Counted from the stretch's first letter, positions 1 through 11,803 are shown. The stretch: 64,000 bases of DNA from Bacteroidota bacterium (GCA_030679145.1 JAUXTU010000015.1:121190-185189), one strand, 5' to 3'. Translations and numbers: made by a program. Notes: generated by a model from the letters alone, not told the origin.

Positions 1-787
1 CCGTTGTTTTCAAAAAGAAAACCGGTGCGACATTATTATTTCGCTGCAGACTGACATAACCAATCTTTCGGGAAGGGAATGTGATCTTCCAGGCCCATTC
101 ATTATTGCGCGTTGTTGTATAGACAGTATCCCATGTTTCACCCGCATCGGATGTTGATAATATGATTCCTCTGGATAATTCGTGAGTTGTATCGGTCAAT
201 CCAACAACGATGCCGCTATCTTTGGTAAAAAATCGAACATCGATCAATCCCGGTACATAATTTGCCATATTTTTGGCAGTCCATGTTGCTCCGCGATCTG
301 TTGTTCTGTAGAACCACGCCGGACCTCGGACGCGTCCGACACCATAGATGATAGAATCATTGAATACATGCATTCCGCAAAAACCCCGTTCGATTATTTT
401 ACTGGTCAACTGTGGTTCAGGATTCCAGTTCGATCCTCCATTGGTTGTTTTATAAAGAATGACGCTGTCTTTTGCGCTGGTGTTATTGATATCACCCCAG
501 CCGAGTGCACCGGCATATCCGTTGAGAGAATCAAAGAAACCGACAGAGCGAAAATGAGTGAACGTTCCTTTATTTAATTGTCGTGTCCACGTCACTCCGC
601 CATCCGTTGTTTTGTGGATCTGGCCGATGCCGTTAACGACCCATCCCAATTGTGCAGTAAGGAAGAATATATCGTTGATCCGAGAGCTATTCGCGGTATA
701 GTCGAAATTTGTCTTTTTCCATGTGCGCGGCTGTTGCGCTAACACGAATGAAAAACAAAGCAGTACAGCAATAATGGTTTTTTTCAT
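1..787 (-). CDS. BNR/Ycf48-like beta-propeller repeat protein with signal peptide; partial, C-terminus runs off the window start
   Basis: Hand translation of the reverse strand from ATG at 787 gives MKKTIIAVLLCFSFVLAQQ... followed by repeated S/T-x-D-x-G-x-T-W motifs (TTDGGVTWT, TTNGGSNWN, TTDRGATWT, SDAGETWD). It is open to position 1. It is absent from the ORF track because it has no stop in the window. Confidence 0.5.
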   Translation of the reverse strand, partial: MKKTIIAVLLCFSFVLAQQPRTWKKTNFDYTANSSRINDIFFLTAQLGWVVNGIGQIHKTTDGGVTWTRQLNKGTFTHFRSVGFFDSLNGYAGALGWGDINNTSAKDSVILYKTTNGGSNWNPEPQLTSKIIERGFCGMHVFNDSIIYGVGRVRGPAWFYRTTDRGATWTAKNMANYVPGLIDVRFFTKDSGIVVGLTDTTHELSRGIILSTSDAGETWDTVYTTTRNNEWAWKITFPSRKIGYVSLQRNNNVAPVFFLKTT

Positions 788-839
788 GAGAAAGGTGTTT
801 AAATATTGAGAAAGAAACATGCGATCAGGAGGACTGAAT

Positions 840-1214
840 TCAGTTCTCCTGTTGTATTTTAAACGCAGTTACTCCAAGCACAATCCAACCCGATAGAAAA
901 CACAATCCGCCGAACGGCGTTACCGCACCAAACATCGTTATTCCGGTTAGTGCCAAAACGTACAGACTTCCGCTGAACAGAATGATTCCCGCACCGAACA
1001 ATCGTCCGGAATATCTCAATGCCGGATATTTATCAACAAAAAATGCAACGACAAGAATTGCGAATGTATGATAGACGTGATAGCGGACGCCTGTTTCAAA
1101 AATGAGAAGCATTTCCGGAGCGATTATTTTTTTTAATCCATGTGCGCCGAATGCGCCAAGAGCGACCCCGAAGAATCCGAACACGGAACCAAGTAATAAG
1201 AATGTTCTTTGCAT
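840..1214 (-). CDS. DUF423 family small membrane protein
   Basis: 124 aa with 4 predicted TM helices. Gly-rich helices (GAFGAHGL, VTPFGG) are typical of DUF423/YgdD. Confidence 0.55.
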   Translation of the reverse strand: MQRTFLLLGSVFGFFGVALGAFGAHGLKKIIAPEMLLIFETGVRYHVYHTFAILVVAFFVDKYPALRYSGRLFGAGIILFSGSLYVLALTGITMFGAVTPFGGLCFLSGWIVLGVTAFKIQQEN

Positions 1215-1274
1215 AGTGTTAGTAGTATTAATTTTTATATAAATTAAACAATCTTGTAATCATGCAATTCTGTT

Positions 1275-3425
1275 TTACAACATCCCGCTTTGTTTTCTGA
1301 CGAGCCATTCTATTCCGAACAACAGAACGATGATCGTTAAGAACGCCGGAAGATTCCACAGTTCAAATTCGTTTGTTTGTTCAATTGTCTGCGGTTTCAT
1401 CGTGTTGCGCTGAAGGATGTTCTGAAGCAGTGAATTAAATTCATTTGCATCACTGTATTCTCCTTCTGATGAACGAGCCAGCTGCGTTAGCAACGATTTG
1501 TTCATTCTTGTTTCTGCAAATTCAATGGATTGATCACCGACGGAGATTCTTCCTTGGGATGTGCCGAGCGTGTCGCGGTCGTTCATTGCAACCGCAGTAT
1601 AGGTAAACTCTCCTTCGGAGAGACTTTCGATACTTCCTTCGTACCGGCCTGAGCCAAGCGATGAAAGAATGGTTTCATACAGTAGACTGTTCTGTTTGGA
1701 ATGAAGTGAAAGACGTACATCTGCATTGTCGATCGGTTGGTAACTTTGATTATACACCTGTGCAGAAAATTCTACTTGCTCACCCTGTGAATAAAATTCT
1801 TTCGATGGTTCAACGCGCATAAATTTATCCTGCTCGCGTGTAGCCAACCACCGAATTAAGGAAGTGAACCAAACATCGAAAAAAAGCTTGGTTTCATTCG
1901 TTGAACCTGCAAGAAGTTTCCACCGATGAATTCCGTAACCGAGGATCGCCGCGGATTTTGTACCGGCAATATTTCGGGTAATGAACAATGGATCATTGAG
2001 CGGTACATTTTGTATTTTCACGCCAAGCAGATTCAGTGCTTCCGGTTTGACTGAAAATGTCTGCATAGAGTAATAGACCGGCGGTAATTTTTCCCACACC
2101 GAGGATTCATTCTGCAATAATTGATGGAACTTCGTCTTTGAAAAAACATTCGGCAGCACCGATTGTTCATCGATCCGTTCAGATGATACGATGAAAGGAA
2201 ACAGTGACTGCATCGCCCCGACTTTCTGAAGGTCGAGCGTTCTGCTTGCTATAAATAGAACAGGTAGTGATCGGGAAAGTATGGACTGCGTTATGTTGCT
2301 CATCGAATTCTGCGATGTCAATGCTGTTGGAAAACCGACGAAAATGATACAATCTGCTGAAGTCAGCGAAGATTGAAGTGAAATATTTTCTTTTTGCGAT
2401 TTGAATTCTCCGCCGGGGATTTGGTAGAAGAGCGGGGCAATGATATTTTTATCCTGATTGAGGGACTGCATTATTGCAGAAACATCCGCGCTGGGCGAAC
2501 CCGCAATAACAACAACATTCATTTTATTCTTCAGCACTTTTACCAATGCTGAACGGACATTATTCTTTGTGGTTAATTCTCCCGGAATGGAAGAGACCGC
2601 AACGGAAAGTTTTTTCACTCCCTCCGAGGATGGAATATATTTGAATTGCGCTGGAATTTCTGTTGCTCCGCTGGGTGCCGAAACGGAAATTTTCTGTTCG
2701 GATATTTTTTTTCCATCTTCCAATAATGAAACCAAAACAGTTTGTGCCGGAATTCCTGAAACTTTGATCGTTGCATCAACCGGAATTGCAGCATCAACAT
2801 AACCGATGGAATTAACGATCAATTTGGAGACCGAAATATCTTTTTGCTCGTTCGTGTCGCCAATACCGATAGTGAAGATTGGAATACGGCTTTTTTCTGC
2901 ATCGTACAGTGGATTCGATCCTTCGGTATAATTCCCATCCGATAACAGAATGATCCCCTGAAGGTTGTCGATATTCTTCAGTGATGTTTGCAGCGCAGAA
3001 GAAATATTCGTTATTCCTCCGTTGACCTTCAACGATTCTTGTTCAAGAGGCGAAACGGAATGGGAGAAAGAAAATAATTTCACATCCGCGGAAGATGAAA
3101 ACTCTTTCAACGCATCACTTTTCAATAACGACGAAAGGATATGTTCTTTATTCCCAAGTGCATCGGTCTGCGACATGCTGAGCGAATTATCTGCGAGAAC
3201 GGCGATGACCGGCTTCTGTATTTGAGACGAAATAAGTTGAACGATCGGCTCACAAACTGCTAAGAGTACGAACGTCAGCGCTGTACCGCGCAGAGCAGTA
3301 AGGATCATTCGTTTTGTTCGTGTCACTTGCGGAATTGTATGCCGATAAAGATAATAGGAGACCGCAAATGAAACAGCGATAAATATAAGAACAAGATAGA
3401 GTGGAGTTTGGAACGACAGGCTCAT
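1275..3425 (-). CDS. vWA-domain membrane protein with N-terminal double-TM anchor (TIGR02226-like, BatA-related architecture) and C-terminal TM
   Basis: N-terminal two hydrophobic helices. A MIDAS-like DxSxS motif (LADNSLSMS) is followed by a vWA-like fold region. A C-terminal TM helix is present. Confidence 0.5.
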   Translation of the reverse strand: MSLSFQTPLYLVLIFIAVSFAVSYYLYRHTIPQVTRTKRMILTALRGTALTFVLLAVCEPIVQLISSQIQKPVIAVLADNSLSMSQTDALGNKEHILSSLLKSDALKEFSSSADVKLFSFSHSVSPLEQESLKVNGGITNISSALQTSLKNIDNLQGIILLSDGNYTEGSNPLYDAEKSRIPIFTIGIGDTNEQKDISVSKLIVNSIGYVDAAIPVDATIKVSGIPAQTVLVSLLEDGKKISEQKISVSAPSGATEIPAQFKYIPSSEGVKKLSVAVSSIPGELTTKNNVRSALVKVLKNKMNVVVIAGSPSADVSAIMQSLNQDKNIIAPLFYQIPGGEFKSQKENISLQSSLTSADCIIFVGFPTALTSQNSMSNITQSILSRSLPVLFIASRTLDLQKVGAMQSLFPFIVSSERIDEQSVLPNVFSKTKFHQLLQNESSVWEKLPPVYYSMQTFSVKPEALNLLGVKIQNVPLNDPLFITRNIAGTKSAAILGYGIHRWKLLAGSTNETKLFFDVWFTSLIRWLATREQDKFMRVEPSKEFYSQGEQVEFSAQVYNQSYQPIDNADVRLSLHSKQNSLLYETILSSLGSGRYEGSIESLSEGEFTYTAVAMNDRDTLGTSQGRISVGDQSIEFAETRMNKSLLTQLARSSEGEYSDANEFNSLLQNILQRNTMKPQTIEQTNEFELWNLPAFLTIIVLLFGIEWLVRKQSGML

Positions 3426-3497
3426 AATGATAAATGTACAATAAAAATCCCCAAGACCAATGGCTTGAGGTTGAAAAAAATATTGTTCAAGGTCAAT

Positions 3498-4019
3498 TTA
3501 ATATTTCCTTATCCACGCCATTGGAATATCAGCTTCAAGCCCACCACTGGCACTTTGTATCCGTTTTTCAAGTCTTCCTTCTTTTTTAAAACCTAATGAT
3601 TCATAAAATGAAATTGCTTTTGTGTTACTTTCACGTGCAATCAACTCAATGCGAATGATTTCCGGTTTTTCGTTGATGACAGTATTCAGTAATTTTTTGA
3701 AAAGAATTCTTCCGATTCCCTTTCCCTGGTAATCAGGATCAACGGCTATTGTCAGTTCCCCAAGAACCTGTGCAAAAACGCCGATGCCTGAACCGTAACA
3801 ATGTATCTCACCAACGATGGCTGATGTTGTTTCATCAACCGCAATGATGATAATACCCGATTGAATGCTCTTGTGTACAAATAAAGAAATGTATTCTGTT
3901 GTTATTTCATTCTTTGTTCGCGCAAGCCCGCCTTTGATGGATGCGACCTTTTGATAGAGAGTATAGATTGCAGCGATGTGAGCCGTAGTTCCATTTTTAA
4001 TTGCCGGATTTATATACAC
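3498..4019 (-). CDS. GNAT family N-acetyltransferase
   Basis: Acetyl-CoA binding motif Q/RxxGxG/A (YQGKGIGRILFKKLL). 173 aa. Confidence 0.6.
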   Translation of the reverse strand: MYINPAIKNGTTAHIAAIYTLYQKVASIKGGLARTKNEITTEYISLFVHKSIQSGIIIIAVDETTSAIVGEIHCYGSGIGVFAQVLGELTIAVDPDYQGKGIGRILFKKLLNTVINEKPEIIRIELIARESNTKAISFYESLGFKKEGRLEKRIQSASGGLEADIPMAWIRKY

Positions 4020-6097
4020 TATTTTAACAACATCATTTTTTTTGTGTCAACAAAACTATCAGCCTGTCCGCCATCTGTTTGGAGGATTTGCAATCGGTAA
4101 AAATATATTCCGCTTGCTAGTCCGGTACCGCTAAAAGGAACGGTATAATTTCCGAATGGCTGCGGTCCGTTGACAAGTGTTGCGATCTCTTTTCCAAGAA
4201 GATCATATACTTTTAACGAAACAACGCTTGGCCGCGGCAAGTGATAGCTGATCAACGTTTTAGGATTGAATGGATTCGGATAATTTTGATCGAGTGCAAA
4301 AATTGTCGGAATGGGATTTCCCGGTTTTCCATTGGTTGTTCCTGTTTTTGCATCATACAATTCTACTGGTGCTTTGTATGGACTCGTACGGAAAATATTT
4401 GTAGCATCAACTGCTCGCACATAGAATTTTGGTGTTGCAGAAGATTTAGGGATCACCGCCATATATTTTCCTGATTGTGTGGCCAGATCAACAGTATCTG
4501 TCAGTGTCATTTGCAGCGAAGTGAATGTTGCACCATTGTCATTCGTGTAGAATAATCGGATAGAATCTTTTTTTACAACAGAGGAAGAAACCACGTACAT
4601 ACTAACGGAATAGCTGCTGTCATTGGTCAATGTAATTTCAGGATCGGTGCTGACGACCATTCCATATTTAAGAATTGCTGCATACGCATTTACAATTCCC
4701 CAGCCGATTGAATTATTTGGAGTACTTGCAATACTTGCAGTTGTACGCAATGCGTCGCGAACCTGCACCGGTGTTAACTCAGGATGTGCGGAGAGGATCA
4801 TTGCCGCAACTCCCGCAACAAACGGCGTTGCTGCGGATGTTCCACCGAATACAGGTGTGTAACTGCTTTTTGATACACTTGGAATTGCAGCATAGACTGA
4901 AACACCTTGTGCTGATACATCCGGTTTTATTCTGCCGTCACTCGTCGGTCCGACACCACTAAATGATGCAACTGTTCCATTCACATCCACAGCGCCGACG
5001 GAAACAATACTATCGGCATCCGCGGGTGCGGTAAGAAAATGCCAAGGATGCTGTGCTTCGTTCCCCATAGCATTTACGACAACCACACCTTTACGCATTG
5101 CAATCACCGCAGCTTTTGTTGTGGTTGCAGTTTTTCCGTTCATATCTGTATACACATAACTTTTTTGTCCATCGTCGAATTCGCTATAACCAAGCGAACT
5201 GCTCACGACATCAACACCCTGCGATTCCATCCATTCAATTGCGCCTACCCAATTATCTTCTTCAACATTCATTTCAGTCGGAACATTTTCTGTCTTCCCT
5301 AAAATAAAATCTGCATTGAACGCGGGACTCACAAGTGTATCGGGTGTGTATCCGCCAACAAGGGACATTGTTGATGTTCCATGCGAGTCCTGATCGGATC
5401 GGTCGTTTCCTTCGTTTGCCGTGTTATTATCTTTTTGAATAAAATCGTATTCGGAAATGATATTCAATCTGTTCAAAGCAGAATGGTTCTTCCAGCGGAA
5501 TCCTGAATCAAGCATTCCCACCAATACACCGCGACCGGAAATTCCGATATTGTGTACAGCAATAGCATTGATCTTACTCATCTGTGTTGCGGATAAACCA
5601 TAATTATATTTTTGTATTACTGTTTGTTTGGAAAGAGAATGTTGTGCAGGCTCTGTTGGCGGCAATTCTTTTCGAGTGTATGTTGCAACCGGTTCAATTG
5701 ATTTGACAAACGAAAGTGACTGAACAATTTCATGCTGAGAATTTGTAAGATATGCCGTTGCAGCATTGAACCAGCGGGAGGTATTTTGAATGACAATATC
5801 ACGCTCCTTCAATGCTTCAAGAAAAGATTGTGATAACGGAAGATCTTCCTCTGTTAAGGTTTGCTGCAGTGCTTTTGCGCGCCGATGAAATGCCCGTTCT
5901 GAAATTCCGGTCAATTGCGATGCTTCTTTCAATGAAGAAGTTTTCGACAACACAAGATTTTCTTTGGATGTAAAATAGATCCAATACTTCTGCGGTCTTT
6001 CTTGTGCAACGGCAAAGAGTATACATAACGCAGACAACACAATCACTAATTCAAATTTTTTCAACATAGATTTCCAGTTTTCGTACAGCTTTATCAA
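4019..6097 (-). CDS. secreted subtilisin-like S8 serine peptidase with T9SS (Por) C-terminal sorting domain
   Basis: Signal peptide and propeptide. Catalytic triad motifs GMLDSGF (Asp), HGTSTMS (His) and GGTSAATPFVAGVAAM (Ser). C-terminal ~80 aa (NPFNPKT...SLKVYDLLGKEIATLVNG...GNYTVPFSG..LASGIYFYRLQ) matches the T9SS CTD. Confidence 0.8.
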   Translation of the reverse strand: MIKLYENWKSMLKKFELVIVLSALCILFAVAQERPQKYWIYFTSKENLVLSKTSSLKEASQLTGISERAFHRRAKALQQTLTEEDLPLSQSFLEALKERDIVIQNTSRWFNAATAYLTNSQHEIVQSLSFVKSIEPVATYTRKELPPTEPAQHSLSKQTVIQKYNYGLSATQMSKINAIAVHNIGISGRGVLVGMLDSGFRWKNHSALNRLNIISEYDFIQKDNNTANEGNDRSDQDSHGTSTMSLVGGYTPDTLVSPAFNADFILGKTENVPTEMNVEEDNWVGAIEWMESQGVDVVSSSLGYSEFDDGQKSYVYTDMNGKTATTTKAAVIAMRKGVVVVNAMGNEAQHPWHFLTAPADADSIVSVGAVDVNGTVASFSGVGPTSDGRIKPDVSAQGVSVYAAIPSVSKSSYTPVFGGTSAATPFVAGVAAMILSAHPELTPVQVRDALRTTASIASTPNNSIGWGIVNAYAAILKYGMVVSTDPEITLTNDSSYSVSMYVVSSSVVKKDSIRLFYTNDNGATFTSLQMTLTDTVDLATQSGKYMAVIPKSSATPKFYVRAVDATNIFRTSPYKAPVELYDAKTGTTNGKPGNPIPTIFALDQNYPNPFNPKTLISYHLPRPSVVSLKVYDLLGKEIATLVNGPQPFGNYTVPFSGTGLASGIYFYRLQILQTDGGQADSFVDTKKMMLLK

Positions 6098-6313
6098 TGG
6101 TAATTATTTTTGGGATAAGCTATGTATGAATATACACCAATGAGAGATTGATTTCAATTCTTAGATATTATAGGCAAATTTGCTCGTTTACAATCTGCAA
6201 CAATAATCGTATTATTTTAGTAGGTAAACACATACGTGATTAAACCTTGCGAAGGTTATATAGATAGTACAGGCAACCTTCGCAAGGTTCGGCGTAATTA
6301 GAAGGAAATATTT

Positions 6314-7174
6314 ATGAAAATACTCGTTACCGGCGGCAGCGGAATGGTTGGAAAATACATTGTGGATGAATTATTACAACACCACCATGATGTTGGCGTA
6401 TTAGACTTGGTACCGCCAAAACAAAACAATGTAGCGTTTCACAAGATCGATATGCTCGTTTTAGCCGATGTTGAACAAGCAATGCAAGGGTATGATGCGG
6501 TTATTCACACCGCCGGAATTCCTCATCCGTTGAACGATCCTGCAGAACGCGTCTTTCACGTAAATGTGAACGGAACATTCAATGTTCTGGAATCAGCGGC
6601 ACGAAATGGAATTAAGAAGGTGGTTTTTACTTCCAGCGAATCAACACTTGGTTTTGCTTTCATGAATAACAGAATGGTACCGGAATATATTCCAATTGAT
6701 GAACACCATCCGATGCGTCCACAGGATCCGTACGGATTGAGCAAAGTGATCGGGGAACAGATATGCAGAACGTACAGTGCAAAGTATGGAATGCAAACGA
6801 TCTGTCTTCGCGAGCCGTGGATATGGGTTCCGGAGCCGGAGCAAATTTTGTTCTATAAAAAATTGGTGAGTGAATACGGCGATTGGTATAAAAATCTCTG
6901 GACGTATGTTCATGTATATGATGTTGCCATTGCACATCGTCTTGCTGTTGAATGTGAACTTGATTCATTGCACGAAATTTTCTTTATCACCGCAAAAGAG
7001 AATTGGACAGGGAGAAATTCTAAAGAGCTTCTTGCACAATTCTATCCTGAGGTAAAAACATTTGCGGATAATTTTAAGGGAACATCCGCGATCATTTCGC
7101 ACGAAAAAGCAAAACGCATATTGGGCTATGAACCGAAATACTTAGTTCGAGATCTGTTGACGGAAACAGAATGA
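6314..7174 (+). CDS. NAD-dependent epimerase/dehydratase family protein
   Basis: N-terminal Rossmann motif VTGGSGMVGKYI. YxxxK catalytic motif (YGLSK). Confidence 0.75.
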   Translation: MKILVTGGSGMVGKYIVDELLQHHHDVGVLDLVPPKQNNVAFHKIDMLVLADVEQAMQGYDAVIHTAGIPHPLNDPAERVFHVNVNGTFNVLESAARNGIKKVVFTSSESTLGFAFMNNRMVPEYIPIDEHHPMRPQDPYGLSKVIGEQICRTYSAKYGMQTICLREPWIWVPEPEQILFYKKLVSEYGDWYKNLWTYVHVYDVAIAHRLAVECELDSLHEIFFITAKENWTGRNSKELLAQFYPEVKTFADNFKGTSAIISHEKAKRILGYEPKYLVRDLLTETE

Positions 7175-7242
7175 AAATTGACAAAAAACAAAAATTTTAA
7201 CTAATGTTACTCTCTACGAGTCGTAGACAAAACAAAAAATCG

Positions 7243-7370
7243 GTCATGATGAGCCTGCCTGCACGAAGCCGATGCTTCGTTTCGGCGAAGGCAGGCAAGG
7301 TGCAGGCTACCATCATAGTTAAGTCATCCTTCGACGCATCCGCCTCTGGCGGATTTACTCAGGATGAATG
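7243..7370. repeat. two adjacent long imperfect palindromes of the GTCATYC family (7243-7316 and 7323-7370) between the epimerase gene and the OMP gene
   Basis: GTCATGATGAGCCTGCCTGCACGAAGC-CGAT-GCTTCGTTTCGGCGAAGGCAGGCAAG...CATCATAG, and GTCATCCTTCGACGCATCCGCC-TCTG-GCGGATTTACTCAGGATGAA. Confidence 0.5.
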
Positions 7371-7431
7371 CCAATTCTGCGCCGCGTCGAACCATTTAAT
7401 AGATTTGTACGTACCGTCAGTTATTAAAGTA

Positions 7432-9327
7432 TTGTCGTTTATCATCACTTTTTTTTTCTTGGCATCCGCTCAAACAAATCCGTTCCGTTCAACGTTCGTT
7501 GTGCCTGATTCGAACACCGCCGCAATCCGATTTGAAAGAAATGTGAACACCTATCTCTGGAATGCGAATGCATTGTATAAATATGATGATGACGATCTAT
7601 TCGTGAATTTTGGAAGCAGGCTCACGTCCGTTTTTATCCGGAGCAATTTTCTATCGTTCCGTGATGAACAGAACCATTCGCTCTCCGTTTCAAAAAAAAT
7701 ATCACCGGTTTTTTCCGCTGCCGCAGAGCTACAATCATTCGCAATGTCGGATAGCCAAGCATCGAGCAGCACCGTGGCCGGAATGCACACTGGTGCAGCC
7801 GGTATTTCATATCAGCCATATTCAAATATTTCCGTTACACCGATGCTCGGTGTGCGGTATGATAAACAACAATTTCAGGAAGACGACGGATTGAATTACC
7901 GATTGTATGCACAGGGAGATTCTCTTGAGCTAAGCGGATATCGCGGAGCATTTTCCGGACACATCAACCAAAGCGATCTCGGTTCACGAAAATTTAAGAA
8001 CGATGCGGCGGAAATGAACATTGCTGCGGAATTTTCTGAGAGTGCAAGTGACAGCATTCGGGTGCGTTGGTTGTTGAACCGAAATGATTTTTATATTCCG
8101 GCAGACAGCGCCGTGATAAAAGCATTCGGAATGCCGATGAACATTCGTTCGCGTACAGATCAACTATACAGCGTGCAGAACATTATTTCGTACGATATCG
8201 GTGCAGGATTCAGCACAGATATCACCGCGACGGTTGATTCGCGCAATATTGAAAATGATTTCTATTATAAGACGCTGAACATCGGAGCGAACGATGAGAT
8301 TCTCTTCAATACTACTGTCCAAGAATTTCATCTTGAAGGAGCGTTCGATCTGCAGTATCAATCGGAGTCTTCGTTTGCTATCATCGGATTCCAATTATCG
8401 GAACGGGATGAACGTCATCGTATAGAACGGCACAACAGCACTGATCCGTTTGTAGTTGATAAACAGGAAGAACGGATCAAACGTGAACTGCAGTTGGATA
8501 ACACGGCGTTTAACACAGGATTGCGAACAACGATAGAGTCCAAGTTTTCCTCACTAGATAAAATTTCGTTCTCAGCATCGTCAAGCTTGCTGCATTACGA
8601 TACACCCGACACCACTAATACGGATGATCGTGACGAACTGCTGATCAATGCATCATTGAGTGAAACACATCGTTTCAGTACCGTCTTTATTGCGTCCATA
8701 ACACTGGAAGGAACACTTGCGCATCTTGTCTATCTTCATCGTGAAAAAAGTGCGAATAATAATTGGAATCGCATCATTCGATTATCTCCGGAACTACGAT
8801 ATAGTCCGTCGGAACAGTTCAGAATGCTTAATTCATTTGAAGTATCGGCAAATTATACTGTCTTTGATTTTGAACTGCTTGTCCCATCGGTCAAAAGTTA
8901 TTCGTATAGACAGATTGCATTTATGGATTCAACCTCGTATGATATGACAAAGCACGTCGGGATTGACCTGTTTGCTCACATTCGTGTATTCGAGCGGGGA
9001 GAATTTCAGTGGAAGGGTTTTTCCGAGCGTCCACTGCAGCGGATCGAAGAGGTAACATTTTCACCACAGATCCGTTACTCATTCAACAGAGAATGGTATT
9101 TTGCGGTTGGATTCAGATCGTTTGCGCAGAAACGATTCAAATACACGAACAACATACGTCAATTTGAAAGCACGTTCCTCAGTGCCGGTCCGACAACAAG
9201 CATTATGATACGGCTTTCTTCGGAGTCACTTGTTGAAGTGCGGGGATGGAAAGAGTATCAGCACCAAAGCGGCGGAGCGATCCAGGAATTTTCGAACATG
9301 ACAATGAATGTGAGATATTATTTTTAA
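7432..9327 (+). CDS. putative outer-membrane beta-barrel protein. The track ORF starts at 7204, but 7243-7370 is occupied by palindromic repeat elements, so a TTG start at 7432 in front of a signal peptide is preferred.
   Basis: Signal-peptide-like LSFIITFFFLASAQ. Alternating amphipathic strands. C-terminal aromatic residue (NVRYYF). Confidence 0.4.
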   Translation: MSFIITFFFLASAQTNPFRSTFVVPDSNTAAIRFERNVNTYLWNANALYKYDDDDLFVNFGSRLTSVFIRSNFLSFRDEQNHSLSVSKKISPVFSAAAELQSFAMSDSQASSSTVAGMHTGAAGISYQPYSNISVTPMLGVRYDKQQFQEDDGLNYRLYAQGDSLELSGYRGAFSGHINQSDLGSRKFKNDAAEMNIAAEFSESASDSIRVRWLLNRNDFYIPADSAVIKAFGMPMNIRSRTDQLYSVQNIISYDIGAGFSTDITATVDSRNIENDFYYKTLNIGANDEILFNTTVQEFHLEGAFDLQYQSESSFAIIGFQLSERDERHRIERHNSTDPFVVDKQEERIKRELQLDNTAFNTGLRTTIESKFSSLDKISFSASSSLLHYDTPDTTNTDDRDELLINASLSETHRFSTVFIASITLEGTLAHLVYLHREKSANNNWNRIIRLSPELRYSPSEQFRMLNSFEVSANYTVFDFELLVPSVKSYSYRQIAFMDSTSYDMTKHVGIDLFAHIRVFERGEFQWKGFSERPLQRIEEVTFSPQIRYSFNREWYFAVGFRSFAQKRFKYTNNIRQFESTFLSAGPTTSIMIRLSSESLVEVRGWKEYQHQSGGAIQEFSNMTMNVRYYF

Positions 9328-9419
9328 GAATATCTCAAACAAAATCACAATGAATAAAATATTGTTTCAGTAGAAATTAAACCGTTGCGTCTTTGCGAGA
9401 ATAAATATAATATTACCGT

Positions 9420-9830
9420 ATGAAATCCACCGGACAACAATTTCAAATTTCTATTCCAAGCAGCAGGAAGAATATCAATCTGGTTGAGAAATTCTTTCAC
9501 ACAGTAAACGACAAATTTAAACTGCCGGAAGAAAAACTGCACGCGCTGCTCGTCTCCGTTACCGAAGCGGTAAACAACGGCATCATTCACGGCAACAAGA
9601 ACGATGAATCAAAAGAAGTAATAGTAACCTGTTCGAAGCGAGGAAAAGCCTTAACCGTAAAAGTGAAGGATGAAGGGGAAGGATTTAAACCGGATGAAGT
9701 GGCAAATCCCCTGCACGAAGATAATCTGCTTCGCACCGGCGGACGCGGAGTCTTTCTGATGAAAGCATTCATGCAGTCAGTAACATACAACAACGAGGGG
9801 AATGAAGTGACGTTGGTGATGAAGTTATAG
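9420..9830 (+). CDS. anti-sigma regulatory factor / serine protein kinase (HATPase_c, RsbW-like)
   Basis: 136 aa with N-box (EAVNNGIIHGN) and G-box (TGGRGVFLMKAF) of the GHKL ATPase fold. It stands alone, with no adjacent STAS partner. Confidence 0.6.
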   Translation: MKSTGQQFQISIPSSRKNINLVEKFFHTVNDKFKLPEEKLHALLVSVTEAVNNGIIHGNKNDESKEVIVTCSKRGKALTVKVKDEGEGFKPDEVANPLHEDNLLRTGGRGVFLMKAFMQSVTYNNEGNEVTLVMKL

Positions 9831-9832
9831 TA

Positions 9833-9870
9833 AAAAAACGCCCCGCATTATCTGCGAGGCGTTTTTATTC
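9833..9870. terminator. bidirectional rho-independent terminator between convergent genes
   Basis: AAAAACGCCCCGCA-TTATCT-GCGAGGCGTTTTT. Stem of about 12 bp with one mismatch. It is flanked by an A-run and a T-run. Confidence 0.6.
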
Positions 9871-9897
9871 AAGCGTCTGTAATCTAAAAATCTGCTT

Positions 9898-11192
<1,295 letters not shown>

Positions 11193-11212
11193 TGTTCAAA
11201 CTCCTCTAAAAC

Positions 11213-11521
11213 TTAATTGATTGACGTAATTTCGATCTGGGTGTATTGCTGACGGTGACCGCGTTTAACACGATATCCTTTACGGCGTTTTTTCTTGAAA
11301 ACGATAACCTTGTCGTCTTTGGAATGCCCGAGCACTTTTGCTTCAACGGATGCTCCTTTGACGGTCGGATTTCCGACAGTTACGGTCTTTTCGTCTGCGC
11401 GAAGCAGCACTTTGTCGAACTTCACAACGCTGTCAACGTCGTTCTCAAGCTTCGATACATAGAGTTTTTCCGATGGATTCACTCTGTATTGCTGTCCTGC
11501 AATTTCTACTACTGCGTACAT
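11213..11521 (-). CDS. rplU: 50S ribosomal protein L21
   Basis: [14 protein letters not shown]... is the canonical L21 start. It lies immediately upstream of rpmA. Confidence 0.9.
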   Translation of the reverse strand: MYAVVEIAGQQYRVNPSEKLYVSKLENDVDSVVKFDKVLLRADEKTVTVGNPTVKGASVEAKVLGHSKDDKVIVFKKKRRKGYRVKRGHRQQYTQIEITSIN

Positions 11522-11803
11522 TGTATAACTTCCTTCCTGATAACGTGTGTTTCAAATTTGGAATACAATAATACAAAAAAAGGGGGATGAAGTCAACGAA
11601 AAACTCTATGGTCGTTATACGGCAAATTGACAATTCTGTGTGGTGGTTTGGTTACACAGGAACACTAGTGCAAAAATATTCCAGACGATCTTTTAAAATA
11701 AAAGCAAGATTCAACACAAGGACATAATGATAATAAAATTGCAGGTAAATCATACGGTGCTTTGGTCGATAAAATTTCCTCTAAAAATTGTAGTAAATAG
11801 TGC

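Noticed and set aside
182-577. Track ORF (+ strand, 131 aa) at the window start
   Set aside because: It lies antisense to a much better reverse-strand gene (signal peptide + BNR/Ycf48-like repeats, open from 787 to position 1). It is a shadow ORF.
2458-5307. Multiple 60-115 aa ORFs on the + strand inside the vWA and S8 protease genes
   Set aside because: They are shadow ORFs within long, well-supported minus-strand genes.
7204-7431. Long N-terminal extension of the OMP ORF (MLLSTSRRQNKK...)
   Set aside because: The region is composed of GTCATYC-family palindromic repeats. A TTG start at 7432 precedes a clean signal peptide.
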